This document shows, in pieces, positions 48,793 through 57,336 of a stretch of DNA of 64,000 bases. The notes below the pieces were generated by a model. That model searched no databases. It saw only the letters and a list, made by a program, of their open reading frames with translations, and was not told the origin of the DNA. The stretch lies in the IMG/VR virus record IMGVR_UViG_3300036834_000231, positions 1-64,000 of that record; one strand, 5' to 3'. A program made the translations under genes and the position numbers. The stretch comes from a virus. Positions within the stretch are counted from its first letter, which is position 1, and the number at the start of each line of letters is the position of its first letter.

Positions 48793-49071
48793 ATGCGCTT
48801 CACCTGGGACGCCGAAAAGAATCGAAGGAACATACTAAAACACGATGTTTCTTTCGAGGTGGCGGCAGAGGTGTTCGGCGACCCACAACACCTCGTTTCG
48901 CAGAACTACCTCATCGACGGCGAACAGCGCGAGCAAGTCATCGGGATGACTGAAGGCTTGGTCTTGCTGCTGGTCGTGTTCGTGGAGCACACCAGCGAGG
49001 GCGAGGACGTGATCCACATAATCTCAGCGAGGAAGGCCAACAAATACGAGGAAGGACTTTATGCCGAGTAA
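48793..49071 (+). CDS. brnT: BrnT toxin
   Basis: FTWD..KN..N..KH.VSFE.A..VF.DP..E.R..IG..IISARKA. Confidence 0.93.
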   Translation: MRFTWDAEKNRRNILKHDVSFEVAAEVFGDPQHLVSQNYLIDGEQREQVIGMTEGLVLLLVVFVEHTSEGEDVIHIISARKANKYEEGLYAE

Positions 49072-49330
49072 GATTTCAGACAAGACCCGTAAGCTGTACG
49101 AAGAGCGCGACAAGGCAATGGACAACGATCCAGATGCGCCGGTGCTGGCGCCCGAGATGTGGGCGAATGGCGTGAGGGGCAAGTACTACAAAGTAAGGAA
49201 ACAACCCGTTACCGTGCGTGTGGACATGGACGTATTGGAATGGCTCAAGTCACAGGGTGAAGGCCACCTGACGAAGATCAACCAGATCCTGCGCGAGCGG
49301 ATGCTGGCTGATCTGAAACGCGCCTCGTAG
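49061..49330 (+). CDS. brnA: BrnA antitoxin
   Basis: KQPVT.RVD.DVLEWLKSQG.G..T.INQILR. Confidence 0.92.
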   Translation: MPSKISDKTRKLYEERDKAMDNDPDAPVLAPEMWANGVRGKYYKVRKQPVTVRVDMDVLEWLKSQGEGHLTKINQILRERMLADLKRAS

Positions 49331-49491
49331 TGAGGCTCGGTGAAGTCGGGCCGGCCGGTGTGCCGAAAATGGCCGTTTGAGGTACGCGGAAAAGTGGGCG
49401 AGGCAGGGAAAATTAGCCCAATGTTTTCAGAGGCTTATGGGATAAGGAAGGCGCGAAAAACGGGACCCTTTTTGGTACGGCCGCCGGTGGG

Positions 49492-49740
49492 CTAGCTGCC
49501 GAAGTCGAAATTGGGATCGACCTGGCGGTCGAGCGTGGCGGCCAGGCGTGGCTCGGGCTGACGAGGGACCTCAGGAAGCGTGGAATGGCTTACTGTTTTT
49601 TCCCGAGCGATAGCGGCAACGGCAATCTTGTTTTTCCGGGGTCGGTTCCAATACGGGCTTTTGCACCTCGGGCAGTTCTTTGGAGCCTCTACCCGGTTGG
49701 CCCAGAGGTACTCGCAGCGGGCGCAGACCTGCTTTTCCAT
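49492..49740 (-). CDS. small zinc-ribbon protein
   Basis: CARCEYLW..P..CPRCKSPYWN. Confidence 0.65.
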   Translation of the reverse strand: MEKQVCARCEYLWANRVEAPKNCPRCKSPYWNRPRKNKIAVAAIAREKTVSHSTLPEVPRQPEPRLAATLDRQVDPNFDFGS

Positions 49741-49761
49741 GTGTAATCATCATAATAGAAA

Positions 49762-50004
49762 ATGGATACCCAACTCGCTACCGCGGTTGTCTCCTCGGGC
49801 GGATCTGTGCTCGTCGCTCTGGGCGCGCTCTGGTTCAATTCCTTCCACATCAGCAAGCGCATGGACGACATGCGCCAGGATATTCGGGACGTGCGCTCGG
49901 AGTTGCACGACCTGCGCTCGGAGTTGCACACGTTCAAGGAAGTCGTCAATTCAAAGTTCGCGGCGCTGGATCTGGAAATCGCGAAATTTCTGGACCGGCG
50001 GTAA
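49762..50004 (+). CDS. membrane-anchored coiled-coil protein
   Basis: TM helix followed by KRMDDMR..LRSELH repeats. Confidence 0.7.
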   Translation: MDTQLATAVVSSGGSVLVALGALWFNSFHISKRMDDMRQDIRDVRSELHDLRSELHTFKEVVNSKFAALDLEIAKFLDRR

Positions 50005-50186
50005 TGCTGACCGAATGGGGGCCCGCGATCTTGATTTGTGCAGTCTTCTATGGCGCGTTGCTCTATGGGACTAGACGGCGACCGGACGATCTGGAGCGGA
50101 GCCTCAACCGACGCGTTGACGATCTGGACCGTAAGCTGAGTAGACGGATGGACGATCTGGAGCGCGACTTGAAGCGACATTACTGA
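50004..50186 (+). CDS. membrane-anchored coiled-coil protein
   Basis: MLTEWGPAILIC.. TM helix plus three 11-aa DDL repeats; TAATG overlap. Confidence 0.65.
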   Translation: MLTEWGPAILICAVFYGALLYGTRRRPDDLERSLNRRVDDLDRKLSRRMDDLERDLKRHY

Positions 50187-50362
50187 TCCGTCGCTACCTG
50201 CTCTCCCCGCTGGCCCAGATGTTCGTCGTCTGCGCCCGTTCGAAGTGAACGGAGAATTCGCCGTTCACCTCCTGCACGACTGCGATGTAGCCTTGGCTCG
50301 CCAGCTCGCGCATGCGGCGTCTCGCCTCGCTCTCGCTGTTGAATTGTTCCGTCTGTTTCATT

Positions 50363-50632
50363 TCAACGCCACCCCATTCTTAGCTGCTTTATGACATTGA
50401 TGCCGAGGAACCAGAAACCCTTCAGGGGTGCGCCATCTTCGCAAATCAGCGTCCAGCGCCTATCTTGCGTCCCGTGTGCGAGCAACGCTTCTTTGATCGT
50501 TTCCGGCGTAGCGCGATCAGCATAACGAACGCCATCCCGCCCAGTCCAGACGATCCACATACGATGACCGAAACGCGCCTTTCGCAGCGCCGTCTGATAC
50601 GAGTCTTTACCGCTGATACGCGTTGTAGTCAT
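50363..50632 (-). CDS. hypothetical early-region protein
   Basis: GAGGTG RBS; part of the minus-strand small-gene operon. Confidence 0.5.
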   Translation of the reverse strand: MTTTRISGKDSYQTALRKARFGHRMWIVWTGRDGVRYADRATPETIKEALLAHGTQDRRWTLICEDGAPLKGFWFLGINVIKQLRMGWR

Positions 50633-50658
50633 TCGCTCACCTCGCACACGTAGCGTAA

Positions 50659-50925
50659 TCATTGCCGGTACGCTTTCTGCAAAATCCGTTCGAGCTTCCA
50701 CATCGGCTCGCTGTCAGTGGCTCCGAGGTCTGCGTACTTCTTCCACGTTGGCCACGCCTTGGCTTGCGCCTCAGCCTCGGTGTCGCTGGTATTGATGGCA
50801 TCCTGGAGAGCGTCGCTCATCGCGCAGGCGGCCTCTTCGGCACCAGGCTCATGCGAGTACAGGTCCCATTCGTCCGCCGTCAGATTGATTGTGGCCTGTG
50901 GCTTCTTCGTAATTAGATATCCCAT
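50659..50925 (-). CDS. small acidic early-region protein
   Basis: YADLGATDSEP motif; RBS. Confidence 0.6.
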   Translation of the reverse strand: MGYLITKKPQATINLTADEWDLYSHEPGAEEAACAMSDALQDAINTSDTEAEAQAKAWPTWKKYADLGATDSEPMWKLERILQKAYRQ

Positions 50926-50988
50926 ATTTCCCTTTTCCGAGCCAGTCGGCTCACGAGGCGTCCGGCCCGCAGCCAGGCGCCCTAGTGC

Positions 50989-51192
50989 CTACTCGCCAAC
51001 AACAGACATTGCTTCGCGGATCACCCGCTGCTTAATCCACTCTTCGCACTCCGCTTTTGATCCGTGGTACAGCCAGTCGTCGCCCACCCAAACGCCATGC
51101 GTCCCGCGCAGCTCCGCCGGCGCATCGGTGTCAAGATGCCGGCGCACTTCATACACCCGCCCGCCCTGCCATCTCTCCTCGTTCTTTGTCAT
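50989..51192 (-). CDS. hypothetical early-region protein
   Basis: HGSKAECEEWI motif; RBS. Confidence 0.55.
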   Translation of the reverse strand: MTKNEERWQGGRVYEVRRHLDTDAPAELRGTHGVWVGDDWLYHGSKAECEEWIKQRVIREAMSVVGE

Positions 51193-51383
51193 CTAGATTT
51201 CCCCTTGTCCTGTGATGTCGCCGCGAGCTTCACCGCGGCCGCTGCTCTTCGGAAGGCAGCTTGCAACTGTTTCTCGTTGTACTTCGGGCGCAGCCATTTC
51301 TTGGCGCTCTTGTGAGCCGCGTTCTGTTCTGCCATGAATATCACCCATATAATTTATATAATACAATGGAACGAATATGCGCG

Positions 51384-51647
51384 CTATGCGCGTTGCGTTT
51401 TTGCCTTACTGCACTTGTGCGCGCGCATTTCACGCGCACTCAGCTCCAGCCCGCACTTAGGGCAGAGTCTTATCACTCGCGGTCGACCGCCCTGCGCACT
51501 GTCGCACTTGTGTGCGCGCATCTCACGCGCACTCAGTTCCAGCCCGCACTTAGGGCAGGGTCTTATCACGCGCGGTCGACCGCCGCCGTAGGTCTTACGC
51601 AGGGCGTTAAGCGCCCTCCCGAGAGCGGACTTCGCTGCGCGATTCAT
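51384..51647 (-). CDS. small basic protein with duplicated GGRPR + CPKC..HKC unit
   Basis: Tandem ~93-bp duplication. Confidence 0.65.
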   Translation of the reverse strand: MNRAAKSALGRALNALRKTYGGGRPRVIRPCPKCGLELSAREMRAHKCDSAQGGRPRVIRLCPKCGLELSAREMRAHKCSKAKTQRA

Positions 51648-51838
51648 TTGCTCACCCCCTCGATCCGCTCGCGCACCTTGACGATCTTGAGCGGGTACTG
51701 CGGGCAGTTCTCGCGGTAGGCCTTTAGGTTCGCCAGCATTGCCGCGCGCGTCTCTTCAGTTATCTCGTGCTCCCACCCCTGCCCGTAGTTCAGATAGAAA
51801 CGCCACACGTCGCGAGTCTTTCGAACATAGCGCCTCAT
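51644..51838 (-). CDS. conserved phage small protein
   Basis: Y.RKTRD.W..NYG.GWE..E..L..YREN..KVRERI. Confidence 0.65.
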   Translation of the reverse strand: MRRYVRKTRDVWRFYLNYGQGWEHEITEETRAAMLANLKAYRENCPQYPLKIVKVRERIEGVSK

Positions 51839-51992
51839 TGCGCAGTCCCCCCGTCCTTTAGGCGCGCTGTCCGCTGCAGCCGATCATGAAAGTACCGCGC
51901 GCGCGAGCCGTTGGCGTTCTTGGGTTTCCGGTACCTAACCCGGGCAAGATTGTGCAACGCGTCTTTCAGGACCACGGGATTTTTCAACCGTT

Positions 51993-52523
51993 TCATTGTG
52001 CTGTTTCCTCCTCTATTCCTGTCGAATCCTCAGGCGCATTCAGATCTACTCCGAGTGCACCTAACTGCTCAATCACGTCGGCTTCGAACGCCGAGAACGC
52101 GAGCGCGCTCCAGTTGATGGCTCCATCGCTAACGGCGCCGTCACTGCCAAAGTCCTCGAGATACTGCCCATCGTGCTCGGAATAGAGCAAGCATTCTTGC
52201 GCCTGCGCGGTGTAGATGACGCGTTGTGAGCCGTCTATCGTCTCGCGAATGTGCTCTATGAGCCACTCGCGCAGGGTTTCGCCTCGTTCGCCGTCTTTGA
52301 TCCGGCGCGACAGTTCGTCTTTGATAGAGTCCGCAATGCTCCGCACGTCGGACCAGTAATCCGCGCGCGCCAATTGCTTGCCGAAGTCGGCGGGATCAGT
52401 TTTGATCCGTACGTAATCGTTCGCGTCCGTCGAGTGCAGAAACGTCGCTATTACTTCGCCGTCGAGTGTGACGGTTGTCAGTTCGCCCGAGGCTTTCGGC
52501 CAAACGGTCTCATATTTCGCCAT
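51993..52523 (-). CDS. acidic protein, possibly Ocr-like DNA mimic
   Basis: LIEHIRETIDG..VIY pattern reminiscent of Ocr IH..AD..V..Y; strongly acidic C-terminal half. Confidence 0.45.
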   Translation of the reverse strand: MAKYETVWPKASGELTTVTLDGEVIATFLHSTDANDYVRIKTDPADFGKQLARADYWSDVRSIADSIKDELSRRIKDGERGETLREWLIEHIRETIDGSQRVIYTAQAQECLLYSEHDGQYLEDFGSDGAVSDGAINWSALAFSAFEADVIEQLGALGVDLNAPEDSTGIEEETAQ

Positions 52524-52537
52524 AAGTTAAAATTCAT

Positions 52538-52605
52538 CCTCCCTACACGGGCAGCCCATCAGCCGACCGTGTTTCGTCGCCATTCGCGGTACTCGTCAGG
52601 AGAGG
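52538..52605 (-). ncRNA. hammerhead ribozyme (type I topology)
   Basis: Minus strand CCUCUC-CUGACGA-GU..AC-GAAA-CACGG..CCGUG-U-A-GGGAGG: full core, stems I-III, GUA cleavage triplet. Confidence 0.85.
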
Positions 52606-53048
52606 TCCTCCGTGCGAAATTGTTTTGCCTCCTCCTCTTCTGGCCGTAGTTCGTCGGCTAACTCCGCACGGACCACACGTTTGTAATTTCCGTCAGCGTT
52701 GACAATGCCCCAGAGACCAGCCCGTTCGCTCGTCTTACGAACCTCTCCGTCTTCATCCGGTAACCAGGCGATAATGCCGATTCGCTCTTTGATTTCGGAT
52801 GGTTCGATATCGCCATCCGCGCAATCGTCTGCGTCTGGCCGTTCTTCGAACTCCACCCCGTTTTCGGCCGCCCATGTCTCGGCGGCCGCCAGTTCGATTG
52901 CACAGCGTGTGCGCCCTTCGATCGAGGTCTCCGTTTTCGGGTCATAGGACCATCCAGCGTGCTCGAAGAAAAATGCCTGCTGGGTAGTCAGAGCTTGAGT
53001 AGGCTGCTCTTGCTTCGGCTGTTTGGTTTTAGGTTTAGGTTTAGTCAT
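52596..53048 (-). CDS. hypothetical early-region protein flanked by hammerheads
   Basis: FFFEHAGWSYDP..E..GR.RCA..LA.AE..GLWGI motif; its stop TGA lies inside the ribozyme CUGA. Confidence 0.65.
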   Translation of the reverse strand: MTKPKPKTKQPKQEQPTQALTTQQAFFFEHAGWSYDPKTETSIEGRTRCAIELAAAETWAAENGVEFEERPDADDCADGDIEPSEIKERIGIIAWLPDEDGEVRKTSERAGLWGIVNADGNYKRVVRAELADELRPEEEEAKQFRTEDLS

Positions 53049-53055
53049 AGGTTTC

Positions 53056-53123
53056 ATCCCGACTAGTGCGCCGAGCATGCGCGCGCTAGTTTCGTCCGAA
53101 TTCCACGGAGCTCGTCAGGGGAT
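53056..53123 (-). ncRNA. hammerhead ribozyme (type I topology)
   Basis: Minus strand AUCCC-CUGACGA-G(C)UCCG..CGGAC-GAAA-CUAG..CUAG-U-C-GGGAU: full core, GUC cleavage triplet. Confidence 0.88.
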
Positions 53124-53563
53124 TAGACTGCATCGGCGAACGGAAACACCTGCCCTTCTAGCGCTTTGCGCCCGTCTAATCCCGCGAAATACACCTTGCC
53201 ATTAGGCCAAACACGTACGCATGAGTCGCTCAATTCTGCTCCGCTAAGATCAGGATGAACGGAACGCCACTCGTCAAACGATCGGTACAGTTTGCCCTGG
53301 TACAGATGTGCGAAAACGAGCGTGCGTTCAAGTAGCGAATAGTGCGATCCGATGACACCTTCGCGATATCCCGATACGCGATGATGTACCCACGCTGGAC
53401 TCGTCCGATACCAAGGCGCATCCCATACGCGCGCCAGTGCAGTATCTAGCTCGGTATTCGTCTGCTGAAAGTGCAGACAGCTATCCAGCGAATCATTAAC
53501 GAGCGACTTAGCGCGCCGCTCATGCTCTAACGCTGCCTTAAAGTGCCGCGATGTTTTACTCAT
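53123..53563 (-). CDS. hypothetical early-region protein
   Basis: GGAGG RBS; stop codon abuts the hammerhead. Confidence 0.55.
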   Translation of the reverse strand: MSKTSRHFKAALEHERRAKSLVNDSLDSCLHFQQTNTELDTALARVWDAPWYRTSPAWVHHRVSGYREGVIGSHYSLLERTLVFAHLYQGKLYRSFDEWRSVHPDLSGAELSDSCVRVWPNGKVYFAGLDGRKALEGQVFPFADAV

Positions 53564-53792
53564 GCGTGTGTTCCTCCCGAGTCCAGGGCCCATAGTTCCT
53601 TCGGCCACCATTCGATTCTGTTTCGCGCGTTGCGCCACAGGCGCAGGTATCCACGTACGTCACATTGCCGTGGGCGCATTGCCGCGCTGGATTGTGCGAG
53701 CACTCCGCCGGCGTTACACAGTGCAGCCATGCCCGCACTGTGCTCTTAGCCTGTACAGCCTTATGCGTGTGCGGGCGCCGTCTCGGTGTCAT
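53556..53792 (-). CDS. small His/Cys-rich phage protein
   Basis: AHGNVTYVDTCACGATRETESNG..YGPW. Confidence 0.55.
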   Translation of the reverse strand: MTPRRRPHTHKAVQAKSTVRAWLHCVTPAECSHNPARQCAHGNVTYVDTCACGATRETESNGGRRNYGPWTREEHTHE

Positions 53793-54139
53793 AGAATCAC
53801 CGCTGCTAACGCCATGCAATGGACTTGCTCCAAGCGATCCTTAACGAACTGTTCGATCCAGCGCTTGCCTGCATCGAATGTCGTAAACTCACGGGGTCCG
53901 GGCGCATCGGCAATCTGCCGCAACTGCCATGACAACGAGGCTTCATAGCGCGTTCCACGAAAACCGTAGGCGGCCTTGACTTGACCCAATGGAAACGGGT
54001 TTCCCGTGTTACCCGCTACAGGCAGATAGACAAGCGAGACCCAATAGGGTTCGCCCTTGACGTCTGTATGAATGGTGTTCCAGTAAACCCGAGCTTCGAT
54101 AAACTCTCGACTCAGTGGTGACAGTGTGGTTTCCGACAT
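53789..54139 (-). CDS. hypothetical early-region protein
   Basis: Tight operon spacing. Confidence 0.5.
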   Translation of the reverse strand: MSETTLSPLSREFIEARVYWNTIHTDVKGEPYWVSLVYLPVAGNTGNPFPLGQVKAAYGFRGTRYEASLSWQLRQIADAPGPREFTTFDAGKRWIEQFVKDRLEQVHCMALAAVIL

Positions 54140-54142
54140 GGC

Positions 54143-54691
54143 CTATGCGCCCCCCGTTTCCGGCAACACTTCAACGTCGTCCGCTACCCGCCATACCCGG
54201 TACGGCGCCCGATCGTCGTCGAACCACTCATGGCCCAACGCATAGCACTTGACTCCGACTTCTGGATCGAGTGGTGAATTCAGGCTGCATGCGCCGGGTA
54301 CACACGGACTACAGAATGCAGCATAGGTATAGAACGGACTACCGAGCACGAAGATATCGCTATCTAGACAATCCTTTAGTTCGTATCCGTGCTGCTCGTA
54401 AGACCAGCCAATGGGGTCATCCCCATAGACCGAGTCGGACCAATAGCACTTTTGACACTTTGTGCACGCGAAGTCCTTACCGTCATTCCATTCTTCGTCT
54501 GTTACGCTTTCATCGTCAGACGAGACCACTTCGCCATGTCCCGCGGGACACTGCGCGGGACCATAATTGTATTCAAAATCATCAGTCGATTCTGCTCGTA
54601 CCGCATGTTGCGAGATAACGCCATAGCGTATCCCAGTTTTCACGTCGATATTCGATTTACCTAAACCGTAGTCAATGCCCGCACTTCCCAT
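54143..54691 (-). CDS. acidic Cys-rich phage protein
   Basis: GIDYG.G..NID..TGIRYGVI..SPFYT...FCSPCVPGA; GGAGG RBS. Confidence 0.65.
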   Translation of the reverse strand: MGSAGIDYGLGKSNIDVKTGIRYGVISQHAVRAESTDDFEYNYGPAQCPAGHGEVVSSDDESVTDEEWNDGKDFACTKCQKCYWSDSVYGDDPIGWSYEQHGYELKDCLDSDIFVLGSPFYTYAAFCSPCVPGACSLNSPLDPEVGVKCYALGHEWFDDDRAPYRVWRVADDVEVLPETGGA

Positions 54692-54715
54692 AGTTCCTCC
54701 CTTTGTCCCTATCTC

Positions 54716-54784
54716 TTTGCCGATTGATAGGCCAGACTCCGCTTGCTCGCTCGCGAGCGGAGTCTAGTCCGTCTATCGGGCAAT
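54716..54784 (-). ncRNA. intergenic structured RNA motif, copy 1 (unknown class)
   Basis: UAGACGGACUAGACUCCGCU..AGCGGAGUCUGGCCUAUCAAU long hairpin; conserved in copy 2. Confidence 0.6.
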
Positions 54785-55117
54785 CTACCTTTCCTTCCGT
54801 TCCTCGGCTTCTAACTCGGTTTGAGTCAACGTCTCGACAATGCGCCCTTTGAAGTTCCCTACCACAAACAGCAGTACAGGTACCCCTGGTTCGCCGGCCT
54901 TAGTCACACTGGCGTTATTACCGTCCAAACATCGGCAGTATTTGAGTGCATACGCTTTAGCATCCTCAATCGATCCGTGAAACGTGAATGCCCCAGTCGG
55001 TTTCCAGCGCGCGTTCCAGGCTAGTACACAATAGCTTGCGTCACCTTGAGTCGCTTTCGCCACTGCCTTTAGGAACGCGTTTGCCTTACGAGTTCCGTAT
55101 GTCATGTTGTTAGTCAT
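54785..55117 (-). CDS. hypothetical early-region protein flanked by the repeated hairpin
   Basis: Start MTNNM after a purine-rich leader. Confidence 0.5.
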   Translation of the reverse strand: MTNNMTYGTRKANAFLKAVAKATQGDASYCVLAWNARWKPTGAFTFHGSIEDAKAYALKYCRCLDGNNASVTKAGEPGVPVLLFVVGNFKGRIVETLTQTELEAEERKER

Positions 55118-55143
55118 AGTCTTATCCCTTAATCCGTCCTTTT

Positions 55144-55211
55144 TTGCTGAATTGATAGGCCATACTCCGCTTGCCACTAGCAAGCGGAGTCTAGTCCGTC
55201 TATTAAGCAGC
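55144..55211 (-). ncRNA. intergenic structured RNA motif, copy 2
   Basis: Same core with a different apical loop and different but still complementary outer stems. Confidence 0.6.
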
Positions 55212-55841
55212 CCTATGCGTCCGTGGGCGATTCTCCCGAAGGAATCGCGCTAGCGCCGGCCGCCTACAACGATCCACTGCGTAGCGAACCATGGAATGGT
55301 TTTCCGTGCTAATTTCACCAGACGGAATGAGCGACTCAAACCATTCCCGCACTGTATCTTGGTCGATATCCCGCATAGCATCGGTAGTGTCGTACGAGAG
55401 CTTAAACTTATCCCGCAAGGTACTAATGAAGTCATGGCACTCATACTCAGACCAGCCCTTGAGGTAGGCTTCATACTCGCGCTCGCTGAAATCCGTTTCG
55501 TCTAGGACGGCGCAACCATGGCGCAAGGTATGGTACGTTTGCTCGGCTATTTCTACCCGCGCAGTATCGAGCGGAGAAATGATGATAATCTCGTACCAGC
55601 CTGGTCCCCAATGCCCAAAGCGATGTACCTCAACTGTGTCGCTTTCTCCGCCGAGACTAGAGAGCATTGCAGCGAAATTGCTTTCCTCTAGGCAGTCACT
55701 GTCCCGCGTTTGCGTTACGGGCGCTACTAGCCAGTTCTGTTGCTCGTCTAAAGCTAAACCGGGAACGTCAAACTGAGTCGGCGCATATGCGCCATATGTG
55801 CTCAATACACTGTCCATTGTTGTCTCCATTTCGGTAGTCAT
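55203..55841 (-). CDS. conserved acidic phage protein
   Basis: TRDSD.LEESNF..LGGESDTV..HRFGHWGPGW.E..VLDE.D.S.RE. Confidence 0.65.
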   Translation of the reverse strand: MTTEMETTMDSVLSTYGAYAPTQFDVPGLALDEQQNWLVAPVTQTRDSDCLEESNFAAMLSSLGGESDTVEVHRFGHWGPGWYEIIIISPLDTARVEIAEQTYHTLRHGCAVLDETDFSEREYEAYLKGWSEYECHDFISTLRDKFKLSYDTTDAMRDIDQDTVREWFESLIPSGEISTENHSMVRYAVDRCRRPALARFLRENRPRTHRAA

Positions 55842-55876
55842 AGTTTCCTTTCTTAATCGTGACCTAGGCCGGCGGC

Positions 55877-56107
55877 CTATTTTGTCTCGCTATCCGCGTC
55901 AAATTGCAGCCAGCCCACTTCCGCTGCGTCCAGAATGATTTGTTTAGCTTGCTGCGCGTTGAATCCTAAAGCTAGTAGGGCATTTTTCGCCCTTGTTCGA
56001 GCACTAAGAATAACCTTACGAGCTACAACACTGCCCTTGCCATGCTTACGATTAGCGGCAAGCTCTGCCGCTATTTGTTTGTCCTGAATCCGAATGATAG
56101 TTTCCAT
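55877..56107 (-). CDS. hypothetical early-region protein
   Basis: Stop/start overlap with the upstream gene. Confidence 0.5.
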   Translation of the reverse strand: METIIRIQDKQIAAELAANRKHGKGSVVARKVILSARTRAKNALLALGFNAQQAKQIILDAAEVGWLQFDADSETK

Positions 56108-56391
56108 TACTTAAGCCTTCCTTTGGGCGGCCAGATTTTAGCTAATTTTGCGTCCCACTTGACGAGCAGTCTGGCCGCACGCTCGTCCAGAAGTGAGTCT
56201 AGATCCTCACTGACCACATTGATACGGAAAGGCAAGTTATGCAGTTCACAATCTAGGTCACAATGGTCGATATTCAAGTCGGCTTCGTCCAGAATCGCCT
56301 TGACTTCGTTGTAGCGCGCGTTCATTGCATCCAGTTCATTGTTTAGCTCTATGATTCTGGCCGCCAGCGCTTTGTTTGATTGCCGTTTCAT
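56107..56391 (-). CDS. hypothetical coiled-coil protein
   Basis: Overlapping stop/start codons. Confidence 0.5.
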   Translation of the reverse strand: MKRQSNKALAARIIELNNELDAMNARYNEVKAILDEADLNIDHCDLDCELHNLPFRINVVSEDLDSLLDERAARLLVKWDAKLAKIWPPKGRLK

Positions 56392-56678
56392 TTGTTACTC
56401 GTCTCTCTCCGCGCCGGCCTATTCCATTCCTTATAAATCGTGATTGTCGGCTCATAGATCGGCAGAGCTTCAATCTTCGCTAGCGCTTTGTTAATCGCGG
56501 CCAGAGTTTTCGCTTTTTTGATTGCTTCGCGAAACCACTCGATATTTACTTCGTCCGTTTGAAGCCGATCAGCGAGTAATGCGATAACCGTCTCATTAGC
56601 ACGGTTCTTGGCCGGCCATAACTGGCATTCCGTTCTGTAAGATTTGTTGTACTTATACTCCCAAGCATGAATCGACAT
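56388..56678 (-). CDS. hypothetical early-region protein
   Basis: GAGG RBS; leader GAGAGAGGAACGGAA shared with the next gene. Confidence 0.5.
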   Translation of the reverse strand: MSIHAWEYKYNKSYRTECQLWPAKNRANETVIALLADRLQTDEVNIEWFREAIKKAKTLAAINKALAKIEALPIYEPTITIYKEWNRPARRETSNK

Positions 56679-56706
56679 TTACCGTTCCGTTCCTCTCTCT
56701 GGCCGC

Positions 56707-56931
56707 CTAAGCTCTAATGCCATGGCCAGCCAACGCGTCTCGCATAGTCCGGAGCATGATAAGCAAGTTGGGCGCTAACTCAGTCACTTGCGCGTTAGTC
56801 GATTTAATGGCGTCTAACTCGCTAATCTCTCGTAACAAAAACGAGACGTCATTTCGAATTGCCAGAATCGTATTGTTTGCGCCGGCGTCATACTCTCTCT
56901 GTCTGACGTCGAATAACTCGCTGTCGCTCAT
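56707..56931 (-). CDS. hypothetical early-region protein (first gene of the operon)
   Basis: GAGG RBS; AP.LL..L motif. Confidence 0.5.
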   Translation of the reverse strand: MSDSELFDVRQREYDAGANNTILAIRNDVSFLLREISELDAIKSTNAQVTELAPNLLIMLRTMRDALAGHGIRA

Positions 56932-57336
56932 TCCGTTCCTCTCTCAGTGGCCAGAAGTTTCGCTTTTGTAACTGCTTCGCGAAACTCTCGATTTGCACCG
57001 TCTGTAGCTCTCGCTACTCTCGGCTGGCTCTCGTCTCTCTCTCGGCTGCTCTCGGCTGCCTATTCCAAGGTAGCGCAAACCGCGCAGTTTGTGTGGAAAA
57101 TGTGAAAGCAATTGATACTAGGCAGTAATGGCTAAAAGGGAATACGAGGGCCCTATAGGCCTGGTCGGCGCGCCGGCCGGCGGCCAGGCGAAGAGACCCT
57201 ATCACCCTCCAAAAATAGGGCTAATGCGGCCAAAAGCGGCGCGGCCAATCCGCGGGTATGGAAATAAAAAGGGCAATTTTGGAAACTGTGGGCGGGTCGG
57301 GGTAGGGGAACGTGAGATAGGCTAAAGCGAAATAGA

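Noticed and set aside
50930-50990. Intergenic double hairpin as another ribozyme
   Set aside because: No hammerhead, twister, pistol or HDV core recognisable; single copy
54505-54520. Minus-strand CTGACGATGAAA resembling a hammerhead core
   Set aside because: No stem II between CUGANGA and GAAA; it encodes SDDE within a CDS
56940-56995. Segment similar to 56503-56545 (FREA..KAK.LA) as a gene
   Set aside because: In-frame stop upstream and no start codon; at most a decayed duplication
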